64,000 nucleotides of DNA. It comes from Microcoleaceae cyanobacterium. Lineage in GTDB: Bacteria; Cyanobacteriota; Cyanobacteriia; Cyanobacteriales; Microcoleaceae. The notes beneath the pieces are model-generated. The model did not search any database. It saw only the letters and a list, made by a program, of their open reading frames with translations, and was not told the origin of the DNA. The position numbers were made by a program, and so were the translations under genes. Shown piece after piece: positions 1 through 10,691 of this stretch (within the stretch, counting starts at the first letter, position 1; each line of letters starts with the position of its first letter). The DNA is taken from assembly GCA_051652765.1 (NCBI GenBank), contig JBOFUV010000118.1:1-64000 (forward strand), in the 5' to 3' direction.

Positions 1-73
1 GCGAATTCTAGATTCTGGTCTCGATGCTAGCAGCTTAAGGTTTGAGTTTCGCAGGTTCAATCTAATTTAAGGT

Positions 74-667
74 TTATTGCTCAGTTAAAGTAGTCTTACT
101 TGTGTTTATAGTTGTTGATTTTCCTTGAACTTCATAACAGCTAATGCGTCTTTGAAAATTTTGATAATTTGCAATGGAAGTATTCAGAGGATTAAGAATA
201 TTTTTCCGAATCTCTCGACTAATTGAATATTTTCTATCTTGATGTTGAAAGGGAGAAGTCAAATCAACAAAGGCCGTAATTGCTTCGTAAACTATTTTAA
301 GATCATACAGAGACTCTGAATACGTAATTTGTACTGCCAAATCACGCAATTCATGGCAGATAATTTTAGCTTCTTCCTCAGAGAGATTATGATCTTTATA
401 GTAGCGACTTAAAATTTCAGCAAGATATTGAGCATGTTTTGCAGTATCTTGTATTGCATGTTGTGCTTTTTCTATAGGAGCCAGAAACTTGTCCAACAAA
501 ATTTGATAGACATATTGATCTCTCAAATTTGAGTCAGAAATAATTTCTAACTCTTTCATTTTCTCTTCATGCTTATACTTTTGTTTTTGAGCAGATTTCT
601 CAACTAACCGACCAAAAACACCCAACCCCAGACTCATAATTGATCCTGCACTATAAAACATAGCCAT
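74..667 (-). CDS. Hypothetical protein (197 aa; short hydrophobic N-terminus, predicted helical)
   Basis: ATG-started ORF in AT-rich sequence with no competing frame; no recognisable motif. Confidence 0.65.
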   Translation of the reverse strand: MAMFYSAGSIMSLGLGVFGRLVEKSAQKQKYKHEEKMKELEIISDSNLRDQYVYQILLDKFLAPIEKAQHAIQDTAKHAQYLAEILSRYYKDHNLSEEEAKIICHELRDLAVQITYSESLYDLKIVYEAITAFVDLTSPFQHQDRKYSISREIRKNILNPLNTSIANYQNFQRRISCYEVQGKSTTINTSKTTLTEQ

Positions 668-1117
668 TCAAGCCCTACAAGGTTTACCGTTTTTAGCCTA
701 CAAGTTTCTGCTCTTTTGTTCAGCTTAAACTTTGCTCTAGACAATGTCAATATGTTAGTCATCTAAGCAATTGATTTTCGGTAATGCTCTACCTTGTCCA
801 TGATGAAGAATATTTGTCTCTACTCAGCTTTTTCACTTACTCTTTGAACACTTTCAATCAGTTGTAAATTGGATCTGAGCCATTCATTCACTAAAGACTG
901 AATTCGGCAGACTCCTGAATCATGAAAATTCGGAAGTTCGTGTTGCTGCGGGAGAAGCGCTACAGAAGATAGGATTACAGCTTGATTTTCAACGATTCTA
1001 CTGATTTTGAATACAGCCCACATCAACCGCGATCAAGAGGCAAAATATCGCTCCACTATCAGAATTTAAAGCCGGTCAATTCTATTAAATCTTTCTCCCC
1101 AATCGAGAGATAGACTT

Positions 1118-4100
1118 TTAAACGTGCTTTTTTAATAACACCTTAAAAGTGTTGTACATGTCTTGGGCAAGCTTCCTCGGATTCCATAACGGCGCAAGTT
1201 GCTGGGGTTGTTTTGACTGAATTAAATGTTCTCGAATTTGCTCCCTTAACTCCCGATTCTGACCCAGTTGAACCCCAAGTTCAATGTACTCATCCCAACT
1301 CCAAGCCACACCGAAATCTAAATGTGCAGCCTTCAAAAAAGCATAGCCCATGCGGGAGAGATACTGTCCGCCTGAGCGCGTTAACACGGGTAAGTTTGCC
1401 CAAAGTGCCTCCAGGTTATGAGTCCCACCATTATAGGGATAGGAATCTAAAAGAACATCAGCAACCCCATAAATGGCTCGGTGCTCTTCTTCAGTTTTTG
1501 TTAATCCAATAAACAAAACTCGGTTAATATCAACGTCCAATGTTTTACAGGCCTGAGTGTACATTTCTTGAATCACGGCGTGATCTCCTTGACCTTTGCG
1601 GAGCAGGATGGCATCCGGCATAAACTTCAAGATTTTAACCTGGGCTGCCACCATGTCAAAGTTTGTTTTTCGACCCGGAGCAACACATAAATACACCATT
1701 TGATCGATCCCAATTCCAAGCTGTTGTCGGGCTCGATTGCGTTCCACTGTAATAGCCGGGAAACCATCAATGGCCACTGACGTTTCTGGTAGGCGAATCA
1801 GTTGTTCAAGATAGAAATCATCCATACCAAACGGATGACTATGTTCGTCACAGAGAAAGTAATGTTGATTGGATAAATAAGGAGCATCAAATCCGAGCCA
1901 AGTTGCACAAATTGGAGCAGGGGAATAGTGCAAAACCTGAGCATTTACAGGAACCGTAATTGAGTCCAAATCCAGCAGAATATCAATTTGATCCTGAACA
2001 ACTTCTTGAGCAATTTCTTCTGGGGACGCAAACCCATTGGGATAGGCTTTTGGCCAGTAAAACTTACTCACCGTCTGTTCAAAACTTTGGGTTAATTGAT
2101 CTGAATTCAACCGCCCTGTAACATACAGGTGAACATGAGGCGTAATCTGAGATAGTTCCCGAATCAATGCTTGACTGCACCACCCTACAGAATGTCGTCG
2201 AAAATGTTTAGATAGAAAACCAATTCTCAGAGGCTGAGTGCTCAACTTCTCCTGCCGATTGACCCGAATTTCTACCTGAATTTCTAATGGTTTAATTCGA
2301 CGTTTTTTGTAATAAGTTTCCGCAATTAGTCGATAAAATTGAGCATTCTTTTCGAGATCGTCGCGAAGATGAGACAGGGTAAATAATAGGATTTCATAGA
2401 GAATATTAATCTCTGTCACCGATAGATTTTTGAGTTGAGAATAGCAGATTGCTTCAAGTTCTAAAAGCTTTTCCAGAGCAGCCTCACAAGACCCTGATTG
2501 AGTATAGGCAAAAACATAGGCAATTCTGGATAATACTGGAGCAAGATTGCCACAACTTTGACAGTACCGATCTGTTGCTTCCCTGGCCTTTGCTAAACGA
2601 GTAGAATGGCTCAGCAAATCACATAGTTGCTGATGGGCTTCAAGATAATCTGGCTTTAACTCAACTGCTTTTTCTAAGTGGATAACGGCTTTGTGAGGAT
2701 GATCTTGCTTTTGAATGTGAGCTAAACGGCAATGTACTTCTGGCCAATCAGGTCGAAACTGCAAGGCATATTCAAAGCTTTTAATTGCCTTCTCAACTTG
2801 GCCTATTGTAGAGTAAATATTAGCAATATTGTTGTAGGTTTCTGAGGAATTGGGTTGTAACTTAATTAACCGTTGATACTGAACAATTGCGTCTTGATAT
2901 CGCCCAAGTTTAACTAGGGTATAGCCAAAATGAAGGTACAACTCTGACAAATCGGACTTGATTTCAATCGCTTTTTCAAAATAAGGAATGGCTTCTGTGT
3001 GACGGCCTTGCTGCGATCGCACACACCCAATATTGGCATAAGCTTCTACCCAATCTGGTTTCAAAGCAATTGCTCGTTGGTAGCTTTGTATGGCTTCTTC
3101 CCACTTGCCACGCCGAGCCAAAGCATTGCCAAATTCAAAATTAAATCGGGGTTCTACCAAGTCAGGCTGAAATTCTAACGCTTTTTGCCAACAGGCAATC
3201 GCGGCTTCTTCTTGCTTTAACTGTTGAAAAACTTTACCCAAATTCCAATGGGCAGCAGCTAGATTGGGACACAATTCAATTGCTTTTTGATAGCAATCAA
3301 TTGCGAGCTGAGTTTGTGCTTGCCTCGTATAAAGCGTACCCAGATTTGTATATACTTCAGGTAGGTTAGCTTGTAATTTTAAAGCCTGTTGATAAGCGTG
3401 AATTGCCTCCTTCGTTTTTCCTTGACAGGTATAGGCATTACCTAAATTAATATAGGCCAAAAACTGATGGGGCTGAAGCTTTAAAATCTGGGAACAGAGA
3501 TGAACCACTTGCTCAAAGTTTTTCTGCCTAAAACTCTCTTCGACTTGTTGCTGATAACTCTGAACTCCGGCATCACTATCAAAGCTGACTAAACCTTGAG
3601 GCTGATCAACTAGAAATTCTTCAAGTTCTTCAATTAATAGATGTTCGGTAGTTGTGTCATTCCAGGAACTATCCTGCCGATCAATTTGTCCAGATAGCTC
3701 AATTCCTCCCTCCTCAAACTGCTCACTTCTCTCTGCACAATCTGAAGAGAAGTTTAATTCAGTTAAGCTTGATATAGGCAAGTTTAATTCAGGTGGGTTT
3801 TGAATAAAGCTTGCTTGATTTTGAGATTGACTAAGTTCCGTTAATTTGGCATGAGCAATTTGATGATCAGGTTCTAAAGTCAAGACGGTTTGATAACAGT
3901 TGATTGCCTCTTCAGTTCTTCCTCGATCTTGTAAATTTTGGCCAAGTTTAAGATAAAACAAAGCTTGGTCAGGCTGTAACTGAATGGCTCTGTTGTAACA
4001 GAATTCTGCCTCGTCAACCCGGTCTAATTGAGTCAAGGTATTGCCTAACATCCAATGAATAGAGGCTTGCTTGGGTTGAAGTTTTAGTGCGGCTTTATAA

Positions 4101-4456
4101 CTACTAATTGCCTCTTCCCAACGACTTTTTTGATAATACATGCTGCCCAGGTTGGCATGAGCCTCGGCAAAATTTGACTGAACTTCAAGGGCTTGAGAAT
4201 AGGCCCAAATAGCCAACTCGATTTGATGGGTGGCCTGTAACGCATTGCCAATCGTTAAGTAAATTGAGGCAAAATCTGGCTGCAGATTAATTGCGGCCTG
4301 CACAGTGAGAATGCTTTCCTGGACTTGCCCATTGAGAACATAAGCTTTTGCCAGTTGCCGATAGGCTTCTAAGTCATTTGGATCAGTAGTTAGCCTATTT
4401 TGATAGTGAATAATTTCTGTGTCGAATTGATTCAATTTTTGATACTGAACTTCCAT
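1118..4456 (-). CDS. TPR-repeat O-GlcNAc transferase / SPINDLY-like (GT41) protein
   Basis: Two TPR blocks (e.g. AEAHANLGSMYY, EEAIQSYQRAIALKPD) separated by an acidic linker. C-terminal GT41 motifs: LRIGFLS..FRRHSVG, D.IDILLDLD, ATWLGF, ADVLLDSYPYNGGTHNLEALW. Confidence 0.9.
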   Translation of the reverse strand: MEVQYQKLNQFDTEIIHYQNRLTTDPNDLEAYRQLAKAYVLNGQVQESILTVQAAINLQPDFASIYLTIGNALQATHQIELAIWAYSQALEVQSNFAEAHANLGSMYYQKSRWEEAISSYKAALKLQPKQASIHWMLGNTLTQLDRVDEAEFCYNRAIQLQPDQALFYLKLGQNLQDRGRTEEAINCYQTVLTLEPDHQIAHAKLTELSQSQNQASFIQNPPELNLPISSLTELNFSSDCAERSEQFEEGGIELSGQIDRQDSSWNDTTTEHLLIEELEEFLVDQPQGLVSFDSDAGVQSYQQQVEESFRQKNFEQVVHLCSQILKLQPHQFLAYINLGNAYTCQGKTKEAIHAYQQALKLQANLPEVYTNLGTLYTRQAQTQLAIDCYQKAIELCPNLAAAHWNLGKVFQQLKQEEAAIACWQKALEFQPDLVEPRFNFEFGNALARRGKWEEAIQSYQRAIALKPDWVEAYANIGCVRSQQGRHTEAIPYFEKAIEIKSDLSELYLHFGYTLVKLGRYQDAIVQYQRLIKLQPNSSETYNNIANIYSTIGQVEKAIKSFEYALQFRPDWPEVHCRLAHIQKQDHPHKAVIHLEKAVELKPDYLEAHQQLCDLLSHSTRLAKAREATDRYCQSCGNLAPVLSRIAYVFAYTQSGSCEAALEKLLELEAICYSQLKNLSVTEINILYEILLFTLSHLRDDLEKNAQFYRLIAETYYKKRRIKPLEIQVEIRVNRQEKLSTQPLRIGFLSKHFRRHSVGWCSQALIRELSQITPHVHLYVTGRLNSDQLTQSFEQTVSKFYWPKAYPNGFASPEEIAQEVVQDQIDILLDLDSITVPVNAQVLHYSPAPICATWLGFDAPYLSNQHYFLCDEHSHPFGMDDFYLEQLIRLPETSVAIDGFPAITVERNRARQQLGIGIDQMVYLCVAPGRKTNFDMVAAQVKILKFMPDAILLRKGQGDHAVIQEMYTQACKTLDVDINRVLFIGLTKTEEEHRAIYGVADVLLDSYPYNGGTHNLEALWANLPVLTRSGGQYLSRMGYAFLKAAHLDFGVAWSWDEYIELGVQLGQNRELREQIREHLIQSKQPQQLAPLWNPRKLAQDMYNTFKVLLKKHV

Positions 4457-4662
4457 CTTTCAATGTCCTGAAAGGCTAGCGATTACCAATTGGCTAGGAC
4501 TCATCCCTAAATGTATTTGTTCTCAAAAAAAGTTTTGTTTTTACTGAACTGCAATCAAATTATAGTACCATGACTGCTGGAGCCAAATAATAGGGTATTG
4601 GCGGTAGTGATTTGCCTGGGTTCAAGCGTCTAAAATAAAAGTTTAAATTTGAGGAGTAGAGC

Positions 4663-5376
4663 ATGAGTGTGGAACAAGATCCCGTAAAATTGATGAAGCA
4701 ACTAGTGGGAAAAGCTGCGGCTGAGCGCGTTCAATCGGGTTCTATTGTAGGGCTAGGAACTGGATCAACAACAACCTATGCCATCCAATTTTTGGGAGAA
4801 CGACTGCAACGCGGTGAAATTAGCGACATCAAAGGCGTGCCAACTTCTTTTGACGCTTCGCTACTGGCCAAAAAGTATAGTATTCCCCTGACCACTTTAG
4901 ATGATGTGGATCATATTGATATTGCCATTGACGGAGCCGATGAGGTTGATCCGCATAAAAACTTGATCAAGGGCGGTGGGGCAGCCCATACACGGGAAAA
5001 GCTGGTGGATGCTTTGGCAGAGCAATTTATTGTGGTGGTGGATAGCTCTAAGTTGGTTGATCGGTTGGGATCAACCTTCTTGCTGCCTGTGGAAGTGCTA
5101 CCCATTGCCATTACTCCAGTCATGCGTGCCATTGAGAAATTGGGAGGTCAGCCCACCCTACGAATGGGCGTGAGAAAAGTAGGCCCAGTGATTACTGATC
5201 AGGGGAATATGGTGGTTGATGTTAAGTTTGACTCCATTGACAATCCTGCCGAATTGGAGAAAACCTTAAACAATATTCCAGGTGTCTTAGAAAATGGTTT
5301 ATTTGTTGGAGTTGCTACTCTAATTTTAGTGGGAGAAATCAATAACGGACAGCCTAATGTGCGCGAGATTTCCTAG
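4663..5376 (+). CDS. rpiA: Ribose-5-phosphate isomerase A
   Basis: [19 protein letters not shown] and [11 protein letters not shown] motifs; GAGGAG RBS upstream. Confidence 0.97.
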   Translation: MSVEQDPVKLMKQLVGKAAAERVQSGSIVGLGTGSTTTYAIQFLGERLQRGEISDIKGVPTSFDASLLAKKYSIPLTTLDDVDHIDIAIDGADEVDPHKNLIKGGGAAHTREKLVDALAEQFIVVVDSSKLVDRLGSTFLLPVEVLPIAITPVMRAIEKLGGQPTLRMGVRKVGPVITDQGNMVVDVKFDSIDNPAELEKTLNNIPGVLENGLFVGVATLILVGEINNGQPNVREIS

Positions 5377-5393
5377 TTAGAACTAATCTCTAG

Positions 5394-5513
5394 AACTATA
5401 GCGATCCTCAGTCAATCATGAGAAAACCATAGAGGGGTTTGGGGACTTCCTCCTCAAGGAGGGGTGCTGCTCCTCCACCCCCATCTCACAAATTATTTAG
5501 CACTGCTATAGTT
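5394..5513. mobile_element. Putative MITE-like element (~120 bp) with imperfect ~30-bp terminal inverted repeats
   Basis: Left end AACTATAGCGATCCTCAGTCAATCATGAGA; reverse complement of right end AACTATAGCAGTGCTAAATAATTTGTGAGA; GC-rich palindromic interior; intergenic, no ORF. Confidence 0.55.
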
Positions 5514-5594
5514 TCAGGTGGGCAATGTCTACCCAAATGGTTTATGGTTTCGCATCTTGACTAGGATTCAGTTAAACACATAGGTTAAGCTACC

Positions 5595-6776
5595 ATGCAT
5601 TACAGAAGATTTGGCCGAACAGAACTGCCGATGCCCGTCTTCTCCTGTGGTGGAATGCGCTATCAATATAAGTGGCAAGATGTTCCAGCAGATCAAATTC
5701 CCTCGGAGAATCAAAGTAACTTAGAGGCCACAATCTTGCGATCACTTGAATGCGGCATTTACCATATTGAAACAGCACGAGGGTATGGATCATCTGAAAT
5801 GCAACTGGGAAAGATCCTGCCTAAATTACCCAGGGAAAAACTGATCATTCAAACCAAAGTTTCTCCTAAACCTGATCCCCTAGAATTCAAGCAAAAATTC
5901 AATCAATCCTTAGCATTCCTTCAGTTAGATTACATTGATTTATTCTCAATACATGGGATTAATACCCCAGAGTTACTCAATCATTGTATTCGTCCAGGGG
6001 GATGTTTAGAGGTTGCTAGAAAGCTCCAAGCTGAGGGCAAAATCCGCTTCATTGGATTCTCTACTCATGGCCCAACAGAAGTGATTGTTCAAGCAATTGA
6101 AACCAATGAATTTGATTATCTGAATTTGCATTGGTACTACATCAATCAAAATAATTGGCCTGCAATTGAAGCTGCAAATCAGCATGATATGGGAGTATTT
6201 ATTATTAGTCCTTCTGACAAAGGAGGGAAGTTATATGATCCTCCAGAAAAATTAATTAAACTATGTTCTCCTCTCAGTCCAATTGTTTTTAATAATCTGT
6301 TCTGTCTGAGTCATCCTCAAGTTCATACGTTGAGTGTGGGGGCCGCTAAACCCTCTGATTTTGATGAACATTTAAAAACTCTGGAATGGCTCGACCGCTA
6401 CGACGAAATCCTGCCGCCAATTTTAGATCGATTGGAACAGGAAGCGATCGCTTGTTTAGGACAGGAATGGCATCGAAACTGGTCAAAGGGGTTGCCTGCG
6501 ATTGAGAAAACACCCGGAAATATCAACATTCCTGTGATTCTCTGGCTGCGAAATTTAGTGCTCGCTTACGATATGGTTGAGTACGGCAAAATGCGCTATA
6601 ACTTATTGGGAAATGGAGGACATTGGTTCCCTGGAAAGAATGCAGAAGCGGTTGAACAATTAGATTTAAGTCACTGTTTAGCCGATAGTCCCTATGCTCA
6701 AAAAATCCCAACACTGCTTCAAGACGCGCATCAACTTTTAGGGGAAAAAACGGTTCGGCGACTGTCCGAAAGTTAG
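5595..6776 (+). CDS. Aldo/keto reductase family oxidoreductase
   Basis: MHYRRFGRT start, HIETARGYGSSE, LQLDYIDLFSIHG, GKIRFIGFSTH. Confidence 0.9.
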   Translation: MHYRRFGRTELPMPVFSCGGMRYQYKWQDVPADQIPSENQSNLEATILRSLECGIYHIETARGYGSSEMQLGKILPKLPREKLIIQTKVSPKPDPLEFKQKFNQSLAFLQLDYIDLFSIHGINTPELLNHCIRPGGCLEVARKLQAEGKIRFIGFSTHGPTEVIVQAIETNEFDYLNLHWYYINQNNWPAIEAANQHDMGVFIISPSDKGGKLYDPPEKLIKLCSPLSPIVFNNLFCLSHPQVHTLSVGAAKPSDFDEHLKTLEWLDRYDEILPPILDRLEQEAIACLGQEWHRNWSKGLPAIEKTPGNINIPVILWLRNLVLAYDMVEYGKMRYNLLGNGGHWFPGKNAEAVEQLDLSHCLADSPYAQKIPTLLQDAHQLLGEKTVRRLSES

Positions 6777-6780
6777 GAGT

Positions 6781-7362
6781 TTAATGCGTTGAACCCGGCA
6801 ATGGCTCACCCAGTTGACTCAGGTTCAACGCATGACCTCCTGTCACTAGATAAACCGTGTCGGCGATCGCCCCAATTTGACGAGTCAGGGTTCCCAGGCG
6901 ATCGCGAAAGGTTCTTCCCAGGGGATACGCTGGGATAATTCCCCACCCCGTTTCTTCAGCAACAAAAATCACAACGCCAGAGCATTGAGCCAAGCTGTAC
7001 AGGAGGCTTGTTAAAGTTTCTTCCCATTCTGAGCTCTCTTGATCAAGTATGTTAGCCAACCAAGTTCCGAGGGAATCGATCAACAGACAGGTGTCAGGCC
7101 GGGAGTAAAGTTGTAACGTTTTAATTAAGTCAGTGGGAACTTCCAGGGTTTGCCAGTGTTCGGGGCGGCGCTGTTGGTGCTGTTGGATGCGAATCTGCCA
7201 GTCCTGATCCGTCGGGTCAAGGGTTGAAGTGGCGATGTAGATGACGGGCTTACCCGATTTTTGAGCGAGCGCTTCTGCCCATTCACTTTTCCCAGAACGG
7301 GCAGGGCCGGTAACGAGAATAAGATTTCGGGCTAGGGCTGAGTGATCTGAGGAATTAAACAT
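6781..7362 (-). CDS. cobU: Bifunctional adenosylcobinamide kinase / adenosylcobinamide-phosphate guanylyltransferase
   Basis: LVTGPARSGKS P-loop, RIQQHQQRRP..WQTLE, LLIDSLGTW, EETGWG, FRDRLG. Confidence 0.95.
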   Translation of the reverse strand: MFNSSDHSALARNLILVTGPARSGKSEWAEALAQKSGKPVIYIATSTLDPTDQDWQIRIQQHQQRRPEHWQTLEVPTDLIKTLQLYSRPDTCLLIDSLGTWLANILDQESSEWEETLTSLLYSLAQCSGVVIFVAEETGWGIIPAYPLGRTFRDRLGTLTRQIGAIADTVYLVTGGHALNLSQLGEPLPGSTH

Positions 7363-7586
7363 GAATCATCAATCATTCGTTCCTTATATTGGCTCCGTGG
7401 TGAGGATCTGGGCTGAAAGTTGGAAATTTTGTGAGAACTTTGTAAGCACGTAAAAACTTCGTAGAAACTTTGCAGCTCTGTAAGCTCCCAACCTGATCCA
7501 GAGTTCGCTAGACTGAGGGAGGTCTATTGTGAACTAAGCTTCAACCCTTTGATTTTTCTTCAACCTTTTTTTAACCCCTGTTTCTT

Positions 7587-8267
7587 GTGATGTCAACCCA
7601 GCCCTACAGTGAAGATATTGATATTGCTCCGTTGATTGATCATACTTTCCTCAACCAATCTGCCACCCCGGAACAGATTGAACAGTGTTGCCAAGAGGCC
7701 GATCGCTATCACTTTGCTAGCGTTTGTGTTTACCCCTGCTACGTGCAGCAGGCAGCGGATCTACTCCATGGCAAAAAGCCGAAAGTTTGCACGGTGATTG
7801 GATTCCCCACTGGAGCTACAACTGCGGCAGTAAAACTGTATGAAAGCTTGGAAGCCGTGGAGCTGGGAGCAACGGAACTGGATGTTGTGATTAACTTGGG
7901 TTGGTTGAAAGCAGGAAAAATTGATGAGATGTACCAGGAAATTGCGGCAATTTGTCAAGAAACCAATCAAACAGTAAAGGCAATTCTGGAAACTGCGGTG
8001 CTGACTAATGCCGAAAAAAAAATTGCCGCAGAAGCCTTACTGGATGCGGGGGTCACCTTTCTCAAAACAAGTACGGGGTGGTACGGAGGAGCAACGGTTG
8101 AGGATGTACGATTCCTAAGGGAAGTGACGGAGGCACAGGTGGGGATCAAGGCTTCAGGCGGAATTCGCTCCCATGAGCAAGCAGTAGACCTTATATTGGC
8201 AGGAGCAACCCGTCTAGGAACTTCCCAGGGAGTTGAGTTACTCCAGCAACGCAATGCTGATCACTGA
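7587..8267 (+). CDS. deoC: Deoxyribose-phosphate aldolase
   Basis: [51 protein letters not shown]. Confidence 0.97.
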   Translation: MMSTQPYSEDIDIAPLIDHTFLNQSATPEQIEQCCQEADRYHFASVCVYPCYVQQAADLLHGKKPKVCTVIGFPTGATTAAVKLYESLEAVELGATELDVVINLGWLKAGKIDEMYQEIAAICQETNQTVKAILETAVLTNAEKKIAAEALLDAGVTFLKTSTGWYGGATVEDVRFLREVTEAQVGIKASGGIRSHEQAVDLILAGATRLGTSQGVELLQQRNADH

Positions 8268-8340
8268 ACCGAACCAACCCAATCGTGGGTTACTCAACGC
8301 GGGTTACTCAAGGTGAGTCAAATAACGTCAGTTAAACAAT

Positions 8341-9264
8341 ATGAGTCAGACCTACAGCGCGACTGGAATCAACTTAAAAGGCATTCCCCTGGGAGAATCA
8401 GATCGATTGCTGACGATCCTAACGCGAGAATACGGAATTGTTCGAGCGGTTGCACCAGGAGCCCGCAAGACCCGATCCCAACTGGGGGGGAGGGCGGATT
8501 TGTTTGTCGTGAACCATTTGCTACTAATGCGGGGGCGATCGCTCCACAAAATCTCCCAAGCTGAAACTCTCAAGTCCTACAGTGGACTGAGTCGAAATTT
8601 AGGCAAACTTGCAGCGGGTCAGTACTTGACTGAACTGGTTTTAACTCAGGCATTGAGTGACCAACCCCAAGAAGAGCTGTTTCTACTACTGAACAACCAT
8701 CTAAATCGGCTTGAGGGGCTACCGAACCCACCGGGCAGCGAAACCTGTTGTTCTATACTAACGTGTTTGGCCCATGGCACCTTTCACTTGTTGGCCCTGG
8801 CTGGACTGGCCCCTCAGGTTCATCTCTGTTGCCTGACTCAACGCCCAATTTTGCCAGATGTTCAGGATGCCTATTGGCAAATCGGGTTCAGCATCAACGC
8901 TGGAGGCATAGTTAGCTCCTTCTCATCTCACTCTGGGCAATCTCAGAATTTGGCCCTAGAATCCGGCGATTCCTATGGCTCGAATGCGGCCTATCAACCG
9001 GAGATTAAAATCAGTACTCGATTGAGCGGGGCCCAAGTTGCCTTACTGCAACAGTTGACCTATCCTGAACTAACAGAAGCACTGCAATCGGGGTGTTCCC
9101 TGGGCGTTCAGCGCCTAAATCTTCCTGCCCCTCCAGCCTTATCAGATTGGATGCTGATTGAACGTCTGCTCAGGCAATATGCTGAATATCATCTAGGACG
9201 GGGAATTCGATCCGCATTGCTGGTTGATTCCTACGTTCAGCAGTCCCAGTTCGCCAGACCTTAG
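8341..9264 (+). CDS. recO: DNA repair protein RecO
   Basis: GINLK..PLGESDRLLTILTREYG.VRAVAPGARK; adjacent to deoC. Confidence 0.95.
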   Translation: MSQTYSATGINLKGIPLGESDRLLTILTREYGIVRAVAPGARKTRSQLGGRADLFVVNHLLLMRGRSLHKISQAETLKSYSGLSRNLGKLAAGQYLTELVLTQALSDQPQEELFLLLNNHLNRLEGLPNPPGSETCCSILTCLAHGTFHLLALAGLAPQVHLCCLTQRPILPDVQDAYWQIGFSINAGGIVSSFSSHSGQSQNLALESGDSYGSNAAYQPEIKISTRLSGAQVALLQQLTYPELTEALQSGCSLGVQRLNLPAPPALSDWMLIERLLRQYAEYHLGRGIRSALLVDSYVQQSQFARP

Positions 9265-9381
9265 CAGCCGATTGTTCACAGTCATACAGAATTTTTTTTT
9301 TCGATTCTATTTCCTCTTTTCCTCTATCATGCTATGCTTAAGAAAGAATTATTTTCGGTTGTATAACTTGCTATATCAATG

Positions 9382-9423
9382 TTTCTCCGGATCTATAGTT
9401 CTCTACATTCTTGGATTCTGGAG
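9382..9423 (+). promoter_or_regulatory. Putative rbp-type 5'UTR element: TCTCCGGA box able to pair with the RBS-containing TTCTGGAG
   Basis: CTCCGGA (9385-9391) pairs with TCTGGAG (9417-9423, one G-U), 7 nt upstream of the ATG; resembles the TCTCCGAA/TTCGGAGA leader motifs of cyanobacterial rbp genes. Confidence 0.55.
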
Positions 9424-9430
9424 CTAGTTT

Positions 9431-9703
9431 ATGTCTATTTTTGTTGGAAATCTGTCCTTTGATGTTACATCAGACGACCTGACGAGTGCGTTTTCGGAAT
9501 ATGGCACTGTAAAAAGTGCTCATTTGCCGACAGATCGGGAAACGGGACGGATGAGAGGTTTTGCTTTTGTTGAAATGGCAACAGAGGCAGAAGAGGAAGC
9601 TGCGATCGCTGCGCTTGACGGCGCTGAGTGGATGGGGCGTGATCTCAAGGTGAACAAGGCCAAGCCCCGCGAGGAGAGAGGATATTCCTCCAGAGGGAGA
9701 TAG
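9431..9703 (+). CDS. rbp: RRM RNA-binding protein (class I Rbp)
   Basis: RNP2 IFVGNL, RNP1 RGFAFVEM, DGAEWMGRDLKVNKAKPRE. Confidence 0.95.
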   Translation: MSIFVGNLSFDVTSDDLTSAFSEYGTVKSAHLPTDRETGRMRGFAFVEMATEAEEEAAIAALDGAEWMGRDLKVNKAKPREERGYSSRGR

Positions 9704-9867
9704 TTTTTCTTTCTGACGTTGTCTAACTCTAAGCTTAGATTTTTCTGAGGAGATTGAGCAGCCCAATACAGTCACTTTAACAGTGAACTGGCTTGGGCCG
9801 CGTCTCCGTTTTTTCCTGAGTATCAATTGCTCAGCACTGAAAGTATTGCAAACCGCTAAGGAACTTA

Positions 9868-10167
9868 ATGAACACTAAAGAACTTCTAAGTCGCTACATG
9901 GCTGGCCAACGAGACTTTAGAAATCTAAACTTGATGGCAGCAAATTTACGGAATGTGAATTTAAGCGGAGCCAATTTGAGTGGAACCAACTTAACCAAGG
10001 CAAACTTAGCTGGAACCAATCTAAGTTGTTCCAATTTGAAAGATGCAGTCCTAACTGGAGCAAACTTAACAAAAACCAATTTGACTCAAGCCGATTTAAC
10101 TAATGTAGACTTGAGTGGTGTAAATCTAGAGAATGCTAGTACCCGGGGCGCAATTCTCTCTCATTAG
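9868..10167 (+). CDS. Pentapeptide repeat protein
   Basis: ELLSRY.AGQRDF head followed by A/T-N-L-x-x pentapeptide repeats. Confidence 0.92.
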   Translation: MNTKELLSRYMAGQRDFRNLNLMAANLRNVNLSGANLSGTNLTKANLAGTNLSCSNLKDAVLTGANLTKTNLTQADLTNVDLSGVNLENASTRGAILSH

Positions 10168-10691
10168 TGAACGTCTTGTCTCTGATTGATTGGCCATATC
10201 TACAGATTTTTGGGTCAGAAGCAAATCGTGGTTTGATTCCCCATAGTCCGAATTACTTCTTGAAGCCTAATTCCCTCAACCCAGCGGGAAGGCAAAGCAG
10301 AGCAGAAAGCATTGAGAGCAGAAGAATCTCAGACCGTTTTGCTCGGCTCCCCTAAGAAGACTATTCAGTTCAGAAAATATTAGTGAAACCCCTGTTTGAT
10401 CTATCTTTCTCATCCTACGGAAAACGCAAGTATTACATTCCAGGCCCCTTGTCCGATGAGAGAAGCAAGCGAAAGTGCCTGTATTCAGGGCCGCAATATG
10501 CCCACTTCTGACGTTGATAGCTGAGGCTGTCTCTTTCATTCTTGTCGGTAAAATAGAGCAGGCAGACGAAACTTTAGACTTAACTATTTTTAACACCTCT
10601 AACGCTGTGTATCCTATTGTCGATATAGTTGTTCTTGTAGCTGCTCTTACAAGATTGTTAGGGTGGCTTGCTTTTATGACATACGGATTTA

